Shown piece by piece: positions 13,645 to 26,325 of a DNA stretch of 64,000 nt. The position numbers and the translations under genes are program-made. The stretch's first letter is position 1. Each line of letters begins with the position of its first letter. Below the pieces are notes generated by a model, which was not told where the DNA came from, did not search any database, and saw only the letters and a list, made by a program, of their open reading frames with translations. Source of the stretch: Octopus vulgaris (Eukaryota); assembly GCA_951406725.2 (NCBI GenBank), contig OX597817.1, positions 55,490,001-55,554,000 of the forward strand, given 5' to 3'.

Positions 13645-13869
13645 ATTTCTTTACTGCCCACAAGGGGCTATAGACAGAGGGGACAAACAAGGACAGACAA
13701 TGGGATTAAGTCGATTATATCGACCCCAGTGCGTAACTGGTACTTATTTAATCGAACACGAGGGGATGAAAGGCAAAGTCGACCTCAGCGGAATTTGAAC
13801 TGAGAATGTAGCGGCAGACGAAATACCGCTCAGCAATTCGCCTGACGTGCTAACGATTCTGCCAGCTCG
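13645..13869 (-). mobile_element. SINE family A copy
   Basis: Reverse complement of the same head, core and tail seen at 5539-5770. Confidence 0.88.
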
Positions 13870-14091
13870 GGTCAGCTTATATATATTTATATACACGCAC
13901 GTTTACCAGCCTAACCAGCTTTTGTATATGTATGTGTGTGTGCGTATGCTTCCAACCATTCACACAAACATACACACACAGGCACACACATACACACACA
14001 AATATATATGCATATATTTATATATACATAAGTACATTTATATATATACATATATATATATACATACATATATACATATATATATATATAC

Positions 14092-14129
<38 letters not shown>

Positions 14130-14316
14130 GTCGCCATGATAGATCGGTAGTCACTACACACATTTTGTTTCTCTCCTTGTTTTTTCTGTGTCCCTTTCTG
14201 TAGAAGAGTGAAGTCTCGAAACGTAAAAGACTTTTTCTATTCCTGAGCGTTATACTAATACATCTGTTTGTTTTGTACACCACCTGTCTTCGTCTTTTGT
14301 TTTTTTCGTAAATTCT

Positions 14317-14320
<4 letters not shown>
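14130..14320 (+). mobile_element. Penelope-like terminal fragment with degenerate minimal hammerhead (14194-14229), flanked by (TA)n
   Basis: CTTT-CTGTAGA-A-GAG..CTC-GAAAC-GTA-AAAG; similar layout and downstream CTGAGCGT to 21565-21786. Confidence 0.55.
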
Positions 14321-14405
<85 letters not shown>

Positions 14406-14436
14406 TATATGTATGTATATAGGTATATATACATAC

Positions 14437-14490
<54 letters not shown>

Positions 14491-14924
14491 TTATATTGTA
14501 TTGAAAATGTAGATGTTCTAGTTGCATTTTCCCACTTTCGTTTTGGTAATGTTTATATTATTTGTAGTTTGTTTCAAGTTGTTCATATTTCGAGAGGACC
14601 ATCTTCTTGAGGAAGAGATAATGGAGTTCGGTTTTCGTTTCCCTATCCATACTCAAAGAAAACCACAAACCCAATCCTGCATATATTGATTACGTTTACC
14701 TGGTATCATTCTAAAACTTGAATGGATATATTTCGCAGTGAATATGTGTATCACAATACATATACTTTATATGAAATGTATCACAATTACAAAATTACGA
14801 AATCAATGTCACTGAATTTTCTTCATAAAATATAAGGAGATGCACACCTCCTTTTATTCAGTAAACATAGTATGTTAACTAGAATAAATTAAACGTTGGT
14901 ATTTACACCATCTTACCGTAGAAA

Positions 14925-15627
14925 TATTCTATTCTACTCTAGGCACAAGGCCCGAAGTTTTTTGGGGAGGGGGACAGTCGATCAGATCGACTCCATTACG
15001 AAACTGGTACGTAATTTATCGAACCCCAAAGGATGAAAGGCAATGTCGACCTCGGCGGAATTTGAACACAGAACGTAGTGGCAGACGAAATACCTATTTC
15101 TATTTCTTTATGGTTTTGTGAATATTTTAATGGGGAATATCTTCACAGCTAATACATCTGTGCGTTCAATATAATGCTGTGGTAATGTTGTATTGTCGTT
15201 ACAATTTCGATTCTTATTTTCGGAGCTAAACTATTTTTTTCTTCTTGGTGTTGGCTGAACAACTAGTTCTTAGTTAATAATCGTCATATATCGTTTAGAC
15301 TTTTGAAGATAATCTTTCTAAAAGCTAAAGTTATTATTATTATTCTCATCAAGGCCTTCATAACTCAGAACTCAGAACGTAACGGCAGACGAAATACCTA
15401 TTTCTTTATTACCCACGCGGGGCTAAACACAGAGAGGACAAACAAGGACAGACAAACGGATTAAGTCGATTATATCGACCCCAGTGCGTAACTGGTACTT
15501 ATTTAATCGACCCCGAAATGATGAAAGGTAAAGTCGGCCTCGGCTGAATTTGAACTCAGAACGTAGCGACAGACGAATTTCTGCTAAGCATTTCGCCCGA
15601 CGCGCTAACGATTTTGCCAGCTCGTCA
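14925..15627 (-). mobile_element. SINE family A array with an internal ~270-bp non-SINE insert (15110-~15370)
   Basis: On the minus strand: head+body (15627-15375), insert matching 5800-6070, then another body with CCTTGTGCCTAGAGTAGAA tail. Confidence 0.85.
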
Positions 15628-15774
15628 ACCTGTCTGTTAACAATATTAAAAGCAAAATATTCATGTCGAATATGTTTTAAAATTAAGATTTAAAGTACAT
15701 GGTACGCATACATATCTAAATATGTATATATATATATGTATGTATGTATGTATATATATATATATACATATATA

Positions 15775-15836
<62 letters not shown>

Positions 15837-16077
15837 TATATATGTATATATATATATACATACATACATACATACATATATATATATACATATATTTATA
15901 TGCTTTTGGTATACATATATATGCGCTAAACATGTGTATACACATACACACACATATATATATATATATATATGTATACACAAACATATTTATCATATTT
16001 AATATACAGCTCTCTACTTCTCTCTCCCTCCCTCTCTGTCTATCTCTGTGTGTGTATATACGTATGTATGCATTCAC

Positions 16078-16124
<47 letters not shown>

Positions 16125-16561
16125 AGTATGAATATATGTATGCATGTATATACATGTTGGATTCGCTAATAAATATATACGTAATGCACGTGAAAATGTA
16201 TCAAAATTATATTTAATTTGATATTCATATAAAAAAGTTTTTAAATTAAAAGCTTGTGCTATCGAAATTTACACTCATATTCAATAACATATATTATTTG
16301 TTGCAACAACAACAACACACACACACACTTACATGCATACACACACAACAGACGAGCACAGAAACACACACATACATACACACACACGCACTAGATCACA
16401 CACGTTTGCAAATACTTAGTGGGAATAACAGCCTTATGTGCCATCGATAAATCCTTCAAATATTAAAAAAAATCTCTTTGAAAATACCTATGTAAAGTAT
16501 TCATACACAATCACGAGCGAATTTGTACATACATACATATATACATACATATATATATTTA

Positions 16562-16605
<44 letters not shown>

Positions 16606-16704
16606 CACATATATATATATGTATGTATATATAACTTGATAGATATATATATATATAGGCACACATGTATGTGGAGGTATATATATATATATATATTTAT
16701 ATTT

Positions 16705-16753
<49 letters not shown>

Positions 16754-17446
16754 GATGCATACAAGTAAGAAAAACTATTTGAAAAAGCATCTAATTTGTT
16801 GTCGGGTTTTGAATTTCAAAAATAGCTGCTCATTAGTTTACCACGAGTAACTGGCATTTTCAGAAAACCGAACTTCATTTTATTTTATTTCATCTTATTC
16901 CATTCTTTTAATTTTTTACTCCATAATTTTTTTACTCATACCATCTCCTTCATTCCATCCCTCACCAAAACCCCAAAAATAAACAGAAAGAAGAAAAAAA
17001 TAAACTGATATGACATCAATTGTATTTAGCTGTACAAGATCTTAAGAACTGGTATCAGATATGTCAACGACTCGTTTTGTCGTTATTCTGAAATGATTCG
17101 CTGATTTCATATTGATATTTATGAAATTAAACGAATCAAACGACTGTACAATGTGAAAACGAGAAAATTTGCTGATTTTTCATGTCTACAAATTGTTTGT
17201 GCTAATTGGAAATCTAAGTAAGAATACAGTATCATGACCAGAATTGATGTATTATCATAGAGGAAGAGTTGGAATTAAAAATGCAAATAGTCGGAAAAAA
17301 TTTGTTTAAAGCTTTGTGTCTGCATACACAATTGGTTAGTTATTAGAGCGTAAAGTCTGTATATGTGCATATGTATATGTAAAATAATATGTGTACGTAT
17401 ATGTGTATGAACACCCACACGCACACCAGCATATGTATATACACAC

Positions 17447-17478
<32 letters not shown>

Positions 17479-17520
17479 ATATACATATGTGTATATATAT
17501 ATATATATACACACACATAT

Positions 17521-17563
<43 letters not shown>

Positions 17564-17623
17564 ACGAGTGTTTATACATGCCCTTAAGATAGCGAGTTTG
17601 CACGTCTATATATACATATATAC

Positions 17624-17669
<46 letters not shown>

Positions 17670-17713
17670 CAGTGTATTGGCTTTAGAATAACCCTCTTTA
17701 GCCCTTAATTATA

Positions 17714-17749
<36 letters not shown>

Positions 17750-19125
17750 AGAGAGAGAGAGAGAAATATAAATATATTTATACATCGATGTTTTTTGCAT
17801 TCACATACATTTAATCATATACATATATATCCGTTTAGATTTAACAAGCACAAAATACTAACCTTTACCTACACACACACACACGCACACACACACACAC
17901 ATACACAGACGCACTTATATATATACTTTTTATTAAAGCTGCCAAAACATCACAAAACTGATACTCAGAGTTTCACGTGTGCGATATATATATGTATACA
18001 TCAGTTCGTACTCACTTATGCATATATGTATGTATAAATATATTTGTGTGAGTGCGTATATACATGTACATATACAGAGAGAGAAAGAGAGAGAGCGAGA
18101 CAGACAGCGGGAGGGGGGAAGAATTAATAATGTTTCTATGTGAATTTACTTTTTCTAACAGACATTTCGAGCAGTAATGAGGAACTCAGTACTTATTTAA
18201 AAGAATATGAAAGTTGTGGTGCGTAGTTAATATTTAAATCATTCTTTTAGGCTAACCGAAGAATCTATTGAGCATTCTAAAACCACCTATGGCATTTGAC
18301 ATGACAGAACATAAACCACTTGGAAATCTTTTGGGAAAGACAGCCCTTTGCGATTTGTAGTAGAGAAGTAAGAAGGTATCTTCGAACGAGGGGAAAGTTC
18401 GAATATTTGCGACAGAGGGACACTTCTAAAGTCACTCAAAGAAGAAAAGGTCATGTTAACGCGATCGGCACGTTAAATTGACAAACTAAATCGAGACTAT
18501 ACTGTCACCATTCATTATCAAATTGTCTCACCGCACAGTTTTTTGCAGTCTTTCTGTCGAAAGTAAGACATATACAATTAAATCAACAAATAGCTCAAAC
18601 ACAAGATCTGAGTTAATTTCAAAATGCTACCCTGAAAGTAAATTTAGGATTATACCTATATGCATATGTATAAATTCATTCCTGTCTGCCTGCTTGTCTA
18701 TGAGCAACAATAAGTGCATGCATCTGAATACCAACTTTCACTATAGGTCCTTTCATCAGCCCTGAACACCAGATAAATATACACATGCCTGAAAGCGGGC
18801 TAGTGAGAGAAAATTAAAAAGACCTCACGTTCATCGTAAAGTGGTTCCAATTTCTGGATTAAAGCAAAACATCCTTCCTTCGTCAACACAATGCACGGGG
18901 GGAAATGTATGTCCAAATAACTGTACATACCGTCCAAAGCAGGTTCACACGTCTACATAAAAATATCTGCACGATCCAAGGAAAGGTAATTTAAATATAT
19001 ATATATATATATAGACATGCATATACAAATATATATGCACACACACACATATGTATATATATATACACACATATATATACATATATATATGTATAATGTA
19101 TACATAATATTGCAAGGGTGTATGA

Positions 19126-19166
<41 letters not shown>

Positions 19167-20063
19167 TAGAGTAATAAATAGATAGATAGAGAGATAGCTA
19201 GATAGCTAGATAGATGATACGCTATGCAATCATACATACATGCATACTTTCATACATACATACATACATACATACATACATACATACATACATACATACA
19301 TACATACTGATATGCATACATGTAGGCATGCAATGTCGTCACCTTAAATCCGAAGGATAAAAATAACATTAAAAAAAATAAACTAATAAAAACAATTATT
19401 GAAAAGTTTGAAGTAAAATTTATTCGAATAAAATTGATAGCACAATTTAGAATGTTCGTCTGCTGGTGGTTGGTGGCCTTTTTGGAAAGAGAACAGTGTA
19501 ATTTGGCGAGGTATTGTCATAACGATCTATATAACATCGATTGTGGACGCGTCTGTTCATTAGTTAATATTGCTATAGCACATCAAATTATTAATAGCAA
19601 GTTTCCCCCCTTCAAAGTGAATCCTGCCTCCTGTGTTCATTGCAAATATATCTTTGATGATATATCTGGAACGATAAACATAAAGCACGAAGTGAAGTCG
19701 GCAGAAAGTTAGGGTGATTGAAATAGGCAGAAGGAATGCGCTTTGTGAAAATGGCTGACATGAATAATAACTGGCAGTTAGTTGTAAGTCATTAAAGACG
19801 CAAACTCATGGCTAGATTGTAATGGCGGAGGAGTGTTGTTTTTACGAGTGGAAATTGAGATAAATAGGACGGGTTGTTGATGGTCGTTCCTATACAGGGA
19901 AATACAGAAATAGAATCCACGAAAAGTTACCAATAGAAATAAAATGATCTTACAAAAGATGCGGCGGCGGGGAGGCGGCGGAGATAGAGAAATAAAAACA
20001 AAAATAATACATTAATATCATTAGGAATGCCAAACTGGTAATGAGGAATTTGGGCTTTGAAGT

Positions 20064-20116
<53 letters not shown>

Positions 20117-20120
20117 GACA

Positions 20121-20208
<88 letters not shown>

Positions 20209-20234
20209 CAAATCATATATGTCTGTATATATAC

Positions 20235-20273
<39 letters not shown>

Positions 20274-20391
20274 TGCATATGGACATACGCATACATATAT
20301 ATATGTATAAATGTATGTGAGTGTCCGTATGCGTATCAATACAAAAACACACACATACATATATGCATATATGCACGTATGTATATATATA

Positions 20392-20441
<50 letters not shown>

Positions 20442-20554
20442 TGTGTCTGTGTGAATGTATCCATTGCAAATGGTCGATTTTATCACAACGTTACAATATC
20501 TCTGCAGCAAGAAACATTGATAAAAGGAATAACTTGAATAATGGAACTACTACA

Positions 20555-20671
<117 letters not shown>

Positions 20672-20682
20672 TGATAATAATA

Positions 20683-20732
<50 letters not shown>

Positions 20733-21308
20733 AATATCCACAGCTATAGCAACAACAACAACAAGCGCTGCGACAACATCTGCAACACTTTGCTATTTTA
20801 TTTCTCTTTGCTAAATTTAAATCAACCTCAAAATATATAATTTTCCTTTTTTTTTATCACTTTCTCTACTTTGCGTTGTTAAGTCAATTTTTTTTTTTTG
20901 TCAATAAATCGATCGAATGGTCTCACATTATAATTTTTTATCGATTCTTTCAGACTAGCTCGCTATTTCTAGATTAACACTAATGAGTTACATTATATTG
21001 AGGTAAACCCAATATATCACTGGTACATAACTTTTAAATTTCTTGCTAAATTTACACCATATTTTCATATTATTCTAAATTTAAGAGATGAAGAATTATG
21101 TACATTATTAATATTATTATTTACACTTGACGGATATTCGTCTTTGACTTGTCTGTTTTTCACTCAACGTTTCGGCTGATATACCCTCCACAGGGATATA
21201 GTGTAGTGGTTAAGAGCGCAGGCTAATAGCACCAAGATTCTGAGTTCGATTCCAGTGACCTGAATAATAATAATAATAATAATAATAACATAATAATAAC
21301 AATAATAC

Positions 21309-21472
21309 ACGTAGGAGTGGCTGTGTGATAAGTAACTTGCTTACCAACCACATGGTTCCGGGTTCGTTCCCACTGTATGGCACCTTGGGTAAGTGTCTTC
21401 TACTATAGCCTCGGGCCGACCAAAGCCTTGTGAGTGGATTTGGTAGACGGAAACTGAAGAAGCCCGTCGTAA
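21309..21472 (+). mobile_element. SINE family B head (tRNA-like head plus CORE-like CCTTGGG(C/T)AAGT)
   Basis: GGAGTGGCTGTGTGATAAG..CCGGGTTCGTTCCC..GGCACCTTGGGTAAGTG..GGAAACTGAAGAAGCCCGTCG; further copies at 23279-23445 and 55080-55210. Confidence 0.8.
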
Positions 21473-21479
21473 ATGTATA

Positions 21480-21551
<72 letters not shown>

Positions 21552-21564
21552 TATACATATACGA

Positions 21565-21782
21565 TGGCCATTCAAAATGTGACCGCGTGTGTACCTATGG
21601 CGATTTTTTTCCTCCGTCTTCCCATCTCTGGATCTTTCTTTTTCCTGTGTTTCTGACGAAGAGCTCCGCTCGAAACGTAAAGCCCTCCTTCTTCCCTTCC
21701 TTTCTGAGCGTCCAATAATACTATATCTGTTCCACGTCCTCGCGTTGTTGTGTTTTCTCTTTGTGTTTTCATGTTAGGATTA

Positions 21783-21786
<4 letters not shown>
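21565..21786 (+). mobile_element. Penelope-like terminal fragment between (TA)n tracts
   Basis: Pyrimidine-rich, ORF-less, contains a minimal hammerhead motif. Confidence 0.6.
21649..21683 (+). ncRNA. Minimal type I hammerhead ribozyme motif
   Basis: Helix I GTTT/AAGC; core CTGACGA plus one extra A; helix II GAGC-TCC-GCTC; GAAAC-GTA with only a dimer-type helix III. Confidence 0.65.
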
Positions 21787-21839
<53 letters not shown>

Positions 21840-22108
21840 TTAATAAGGGTGAGAGAATTAGATACTAATTTAATAGTATATCTATTCAACACCAAGTGGC
21901 CTAGTGCTCCGAGAAACCTGGATTATTATAATATTTTATAATATATTATAATATTTTTACAAAATAAATATAAGAGAGTGGTCACTATATGGCTCACTCT
22001 AGCACCAGTTAATCCAAAAGGTTTCAACCACAAAAATACATGTTTCCCATGAAAGTCAGTACGATTGTTAGCTCACACGGACAGGGCAAATAAAAAATAA
22101 CAAAAATA

Positions 22109-22204
22109 CAGATTATTTTGGGACAATTGTTTCGCTATTAATGAATTAAATGTAATTTTACTTACAAAAAAATCCACTTGTAGCTCGTCAGCCAAAACTA
22201 TCTG
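22109..22204 (-). ncRNA. Type I hammerhead ribozyme (mirror copy)
   Basis: Reverse complement of 22671-22766. Confidence 0.88.
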
Positions 22205-22670
22205 GATGAAATCAACTCAATTACACGCCAGATTTTACCATAACGATAAATACGCGTGTGGTTCAATTGATTACATCCGACGTTATAATTCAAATGCCCC
22301 AACTAACAGCGCGCCAAACTTTCACGGAAAACAAATACTGCATTTAGAAATAAATGTAGCATAATTATAATTAATTAATAAGGGTGAGAGAATTAGATAC
22401 TAATTTAATAGTATATCTATTCAACACCAAGTGGCCTAGTGCTCCGAGAAACCTGGATTATTATAATATTTTATAATATATTATAATATTTTTACAAAAT
22501 AAATATAAGAGAGTGGTCACTATATGGCTCACTCTAGCACCAGTTAATCCAAAAGGTTTCAACCGCTGTTAGTTGGGGCATTTGAATTATAACGTCGGAT
22601 GTAATCAATTGAACCACACGCGTATTTATCGTTATGGTAAAATCTGGCGTGTGATTGAGTGGATTTCATC

Positions 22671-22766
22671 CAGATAGTTTTGGCTGACGAGCTACAAGTG
22701 GATTTTTTTGTAAGTAAAATTACATTTAATTCATTAATAGCGAAACAATTGTCCCAAAATAATCTG
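22671..22766 (+). ncRNA. Type I hammerhead ribozyme; predicted cleavage after GUC at 22753
   Basis: Helix I CAGATAGTTTTGG/CCAAAATAATCTG (12 of 13 paired); CTGACGA 22684-90; helix II GCTA/TAGC extended by AGTGGATT/AATTCATT and TGTAA/TTACA; GAAA 22742-45; palindromic helix III ACAATTGT. Confidence 0.9.
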
Positions 22767-22914
22767 TATTTTTGTTATTTTTTATTTGCCCTGTCCGTGT
22801 GAGCTAACAATCGTACTGACTTTCATGGGAAACATGTATTTTTGTGGTTGAAACCTTTTGGATTAACTGGTGCTAGAGTGAGCCATATAGTGACCACTCT
22901 CTTATATTTATTTG

Positions 22915-22994
<80 letters not shown>

Positions 22995-23042
22995 AGAATT
23001 TTAATATTAGTAAATGAAATGAAGAGCAGGCTTTATTATAAA

Positions 23043-23163
23043 TTACAACAATTGTTTCGGTGCATCTGTATCAGCTGGTAATTGCTGAATGTTACATACA
23101 TTATACGCATTATTGCATTGATATTATGCGACATTAGCTGTATACATGCTCGTCTTCATGTAA
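23043..23163 (-). ncRNA. Degenerate hammerhead of a second Penelope-like family
   Basis: Minus strand: TTAC-ATGAAGA-(long stem GCAT..CAGCT/AGCTG..ATGC)-CGAAAC-AATT-GTT-GTAA; core C3 changed to A. Confidence 0.5.
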
Positions 23164-23278
23164 GGAAGCTACTTACCACACAGCCACTGATACGCCTAGC
23201 CACACCGACATACATATACATCTAGACGAGGTAGTTTTGGTGAAGCAGTATGTGATTTAACGCTAATGTACATACGTA

Positions 23279-23445
23279 TGGCGAAGGAGTGTGTGTGTGG
23301 TAAGTAGCCTACTTACCAACCACATGGTTCCGGGTTCAGTTACACTGCGTGGCACACCTTGAGCATGTGTCTTGTACTGTAGTTTCAAGTCGACTAAAGT
23401 CTTGTGAGTGGATTTAGTAAATGGAAACTGAATGAAGCACGCGCA
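23279..23445 (+). mobile_element. SINE family B head
   Basis: Aligns by eye to 21309-21472. Confidence 0.75.
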
Positions 23446-23852
23446 ATAAAATGCTGCAAACACCCACACTCACACAAATATTATCTTCTAAGAGTCTATA
23501 ACCCAGGAAAAATATGCACTGGTATATTTACCAATTGAGTAGGTGCATTAATCAAAGAGTACAGAACTATATTTAAAATTACAGCCGATAATCTCATTAC
23601 CTAATCTCTTGTGCGAAACCGACTGGTAAGATCGGGTGTAATGGATCTCTAATGCTCTATCATTTGATTAATATTTATATATATACGGCAAGAAGAAATT
23701 GGAGGGGATCCAGAGGAAGTATGCATCAACTGTTAGACATATTATGTTTATTTATTTTAAACAATTCTGAGAATATATATACATATGTAAAGGTTGTGTT
23801 TCACATACATCAGTACACGTTATTTCTAGAATAGAAAAAGAAGTTTGTATAC

Positions 23853-23883
<31 letters not shown>

Positions 23884-23985
23884 CATATACATACACATAC
23901 ACATATACATATACATATGTATATATATATATGCACGTATGTATGTATCGGAAATGACAGAAAATATTGTAGAATTGGGACTCAT

Positions 23986-24027
<42 letters not shown>

Positions 24028-24139
24028 ATCTTACTGATTTGATAGATATAGGTCTGAGCATGCGCAGATGATCAAGATGTAGGAGCACTCATTATTTAAA
24101 TGTAACGTGGAAGTAGATCAATTGAACAGTAGGTCTTGT

Positions 24140-24301
24140 GGGATTATCTTGTCAATGTGTGTCAGTCTTGGAATTCTTTACGAGATTAAGAGAGACTTCT
24201 AGATTGACTGACCGGGAAGAGGCACTTAGTGTGGAAAAGTATGTTATGACAGTCATCTCTCTTCTGCGAGTCTGCAATTTGGGTCGACGTCTATGCAGAT
24301 T
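24140..24301 (+). mobile_element. Possible degenerate LINE (RTE-like) 3' end seeding the (GAA)n tract
   Basis: LRETSRLTDREEAL resembles RTE C-termini; runs directly into (GAA)n. Confidence 0.3.
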
Positions 24302-24830
24302 GAAGAAGAAGAGGAAGCAGAAAGAGAAGGAGAAGAAGAAGAAGAAGAAGAAAAAGAAGAAGAAGAAGAAGAAGAAGAAGAAGAATGAGAAGAAGAAGAA
24401 GAAGAAGAAGAAGAAGAAGAATGAGAAGAAGAAGAAGAAGAAGAAGAAGAAGAAGGAGAAGAAGAAGGAGAAGAAGAAGAAGAAGAAGAAGAGGAAGCAG
24501 GAGAAGAAGAAGAAGAAGAAGAAGAAGAAGAAGAAGAAAAAGAAGAAGAAGAAGAAGAAGAAAAAGAAGAAGAAAAAGAAGAAGAAGAAGAATGAGGAGA
24601 AGAAGAAGAAGAAGAAGAATGAGAAGAAGAAGAGGAAGCAGAAGGAGAAGAAGAAGAAGAAGAGGAAGAAGAAGAAGTAGAAAAAGAAGAAGAGGAGGAC
24701 GAAGAGGAGGAAGCGGAGGAGGAATGAGATGAAGGAGGAGGAGAAGAAGAAGAAGAAGAAGAAGAAGAAGAAGAAGAAGAAGAAGAAGAAGAAGAAGAAG
24801 AAGAAGAAGAAGAAGAAGAAGAAGAAGAAG
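24302..24830. repeat. ~530-bp (GAA)n-based polypurine tract
   Basis: Direct reading; source of the poly-K/R/S/L ORFs. Confidence 0.95.
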
Positions 24831-25440
24831 ATGGTAACCTAGTACGTGGGTGTTTTTGAATGGGCACAAAACCTCTGTTACAAAACTGAAACAACGACAA
24901 TAAATGTTTCAATCCGTTTCGAAATCTTTAGCAAAAGAAATGTTTTTTTTTGGTTTTGTTGTTTTGTAACGCAACAGTAGTCATAACTAATTGAGAGAAC
25001 ATTGGGAAGCTAGTCCATCATTATCATCGTCATCATCATCATCAGTTTTCTTTGCAGTCATTCTTCGCCTTTGCCATCATCATCATCATCATCATCTCGA
25101 TTTGTGTCGATGTGGTCGTTGTCACCGATCATCATCGTTATGTTCCCTATCTTATTGCTTTGTTTCCGCTCCGTTGCCAGTGGTTTTGTCCTCATCAGCT
25201 GTCGTGGCACCACCATCCTCCGCCGAAGAATATATGATTCATCTTCAACAAGTATGTCATTTCGAAGTAGCTGAGTTGGCTGATGGACAACTGTTAATCT
25301 GTTATTTTATAGACACTAAAAGATGTAGAACTACTTGGGTTTAATTTGAACTCGGAACGTAAGCACATGAAATGCCACTAAACATTTTTGTCCGGGATAT
25401 TAACGTTTCGGCCAGCTGCCCACCTTTGTAGCATGATATA

Positions 25441-25885
25441 CATAGACATGCAGGAAGTAAACAGACACCTTTAATTTTCAAAATGTCTGATCTAAGCGTC
25501 TTAATATGATTTCAGCGGTGTAGAGTTTATAATTTAATTGTTCTTTTTCATTCCAGGTGCCATTATATTAAATATTTGCGAAGAGTAATCATGCCACGCA
25601 CAAAAAATTCAGCAGAACTGTCAGATTTTGAAAGAATTCGTATTGTTGGCCAGTCTGAAGCTGAAAATGCCGAAAATGTTCAAATTCCTCTTGCTACTGT
25701 TAATAGAATTATGGTGCAATTCAAAAGCCAAGGAAAAGAATCAACAGATTCTCGTCCAGGCCGAACTGGGACCTCGGAAAGGAAGCTTTGATGTTTCAAG
25801 AGAATTGGGGAAAACGAACCCTGTTTGAAGGCTTCTGATATTGCAAAACAGCTAGAAGTTAATCCAAGAACGTGTGTTACATATG
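25441..25885 (+). mobile_element. 5' fragment of a Tc1-like transposon (left end plus decayed N-terminal HTH)
   Basis: TA|CA..AAGTAAACAGACACC left end; from 25591 [49 protein letters not shown] with an internal stop. Confidence 0.7.
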
Positions 25886-25924
25886 TGAGCATAAATCAAG
25901 CTTTATGTATATTTCACAATATAT

Positions 25925-26325
25925 TGACGTCATTTTGTCTGTCTTTACATTCTGAGTTTAAATTCCACCGTGGTCGACTTTGCCGTTCATCCTTTCAGTG
26001 TCGATAAATTAAGTACTAGTTGAGTAAAGGGTCGATCTAATCGACTAGACCCTCCCCTAAAATTTCGGCCTTGTGCCTAGAGTAAAAAAGAATATACTGA
26101 TGTCAATAGGGTGGGGAGCTGGTAGAATCGTTAGCACGTCGGGCAAAATGCTGAGCGGCATTGCGTACGTTTTTACAGTTCGAGTTCAAACGCCACCTAA
26201 GACGATTCTGCCTTTTGTCCTTTTAGGGTCGATAAAATTAGTACCAGCTGGGTACTGGGCTCCATTTATTAGGCTATCTCCCTATCCAGAACTTACTGAC
26301 TTAGAACCACAACTTGAAACCAATT
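25925..26325 (+). mobile_element. Two SINE family A copies
   Basis: Core and tail motifs as in other family A copies. Confidence 0.75.

Larger units (their letters stand above)
21832..22913. mobile_element. Non-autonomous Penelope-like element: ~197-bp direct repeat (period 535) plus 350-bp inverted repeat, inserted in (TA)n
   Basis: 21832-22029 recurs at 22367-22564; 21962-22311 is the reverse complement of 22564-22913; one hammerhead per arm; no ORF. Confidence 0.85.

Noticed and set aside
18280-18460. AFDMTEH, reminiscent of the RT KAFD motif
   Set aside because: Too short and degenerate to support a LINE call
23069-23083. TATCAGCTGGTAATT resembles part of miR-216/miR-283
   Set aside because: 5' seed end does not match, and the segment is explained as helix II of the decayed hammerhead
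23583-23630. CCGATAA..GCGAAACCGACTGGTA hammerhead-like ghost
   Set aside because: Two core mismatches and helices I and II do not pair convincingly
24138-24912. Poly-K/R/S/L ORFs up to 219 aa
   Set aside because: Open only because (GAA)n lacks stop codons
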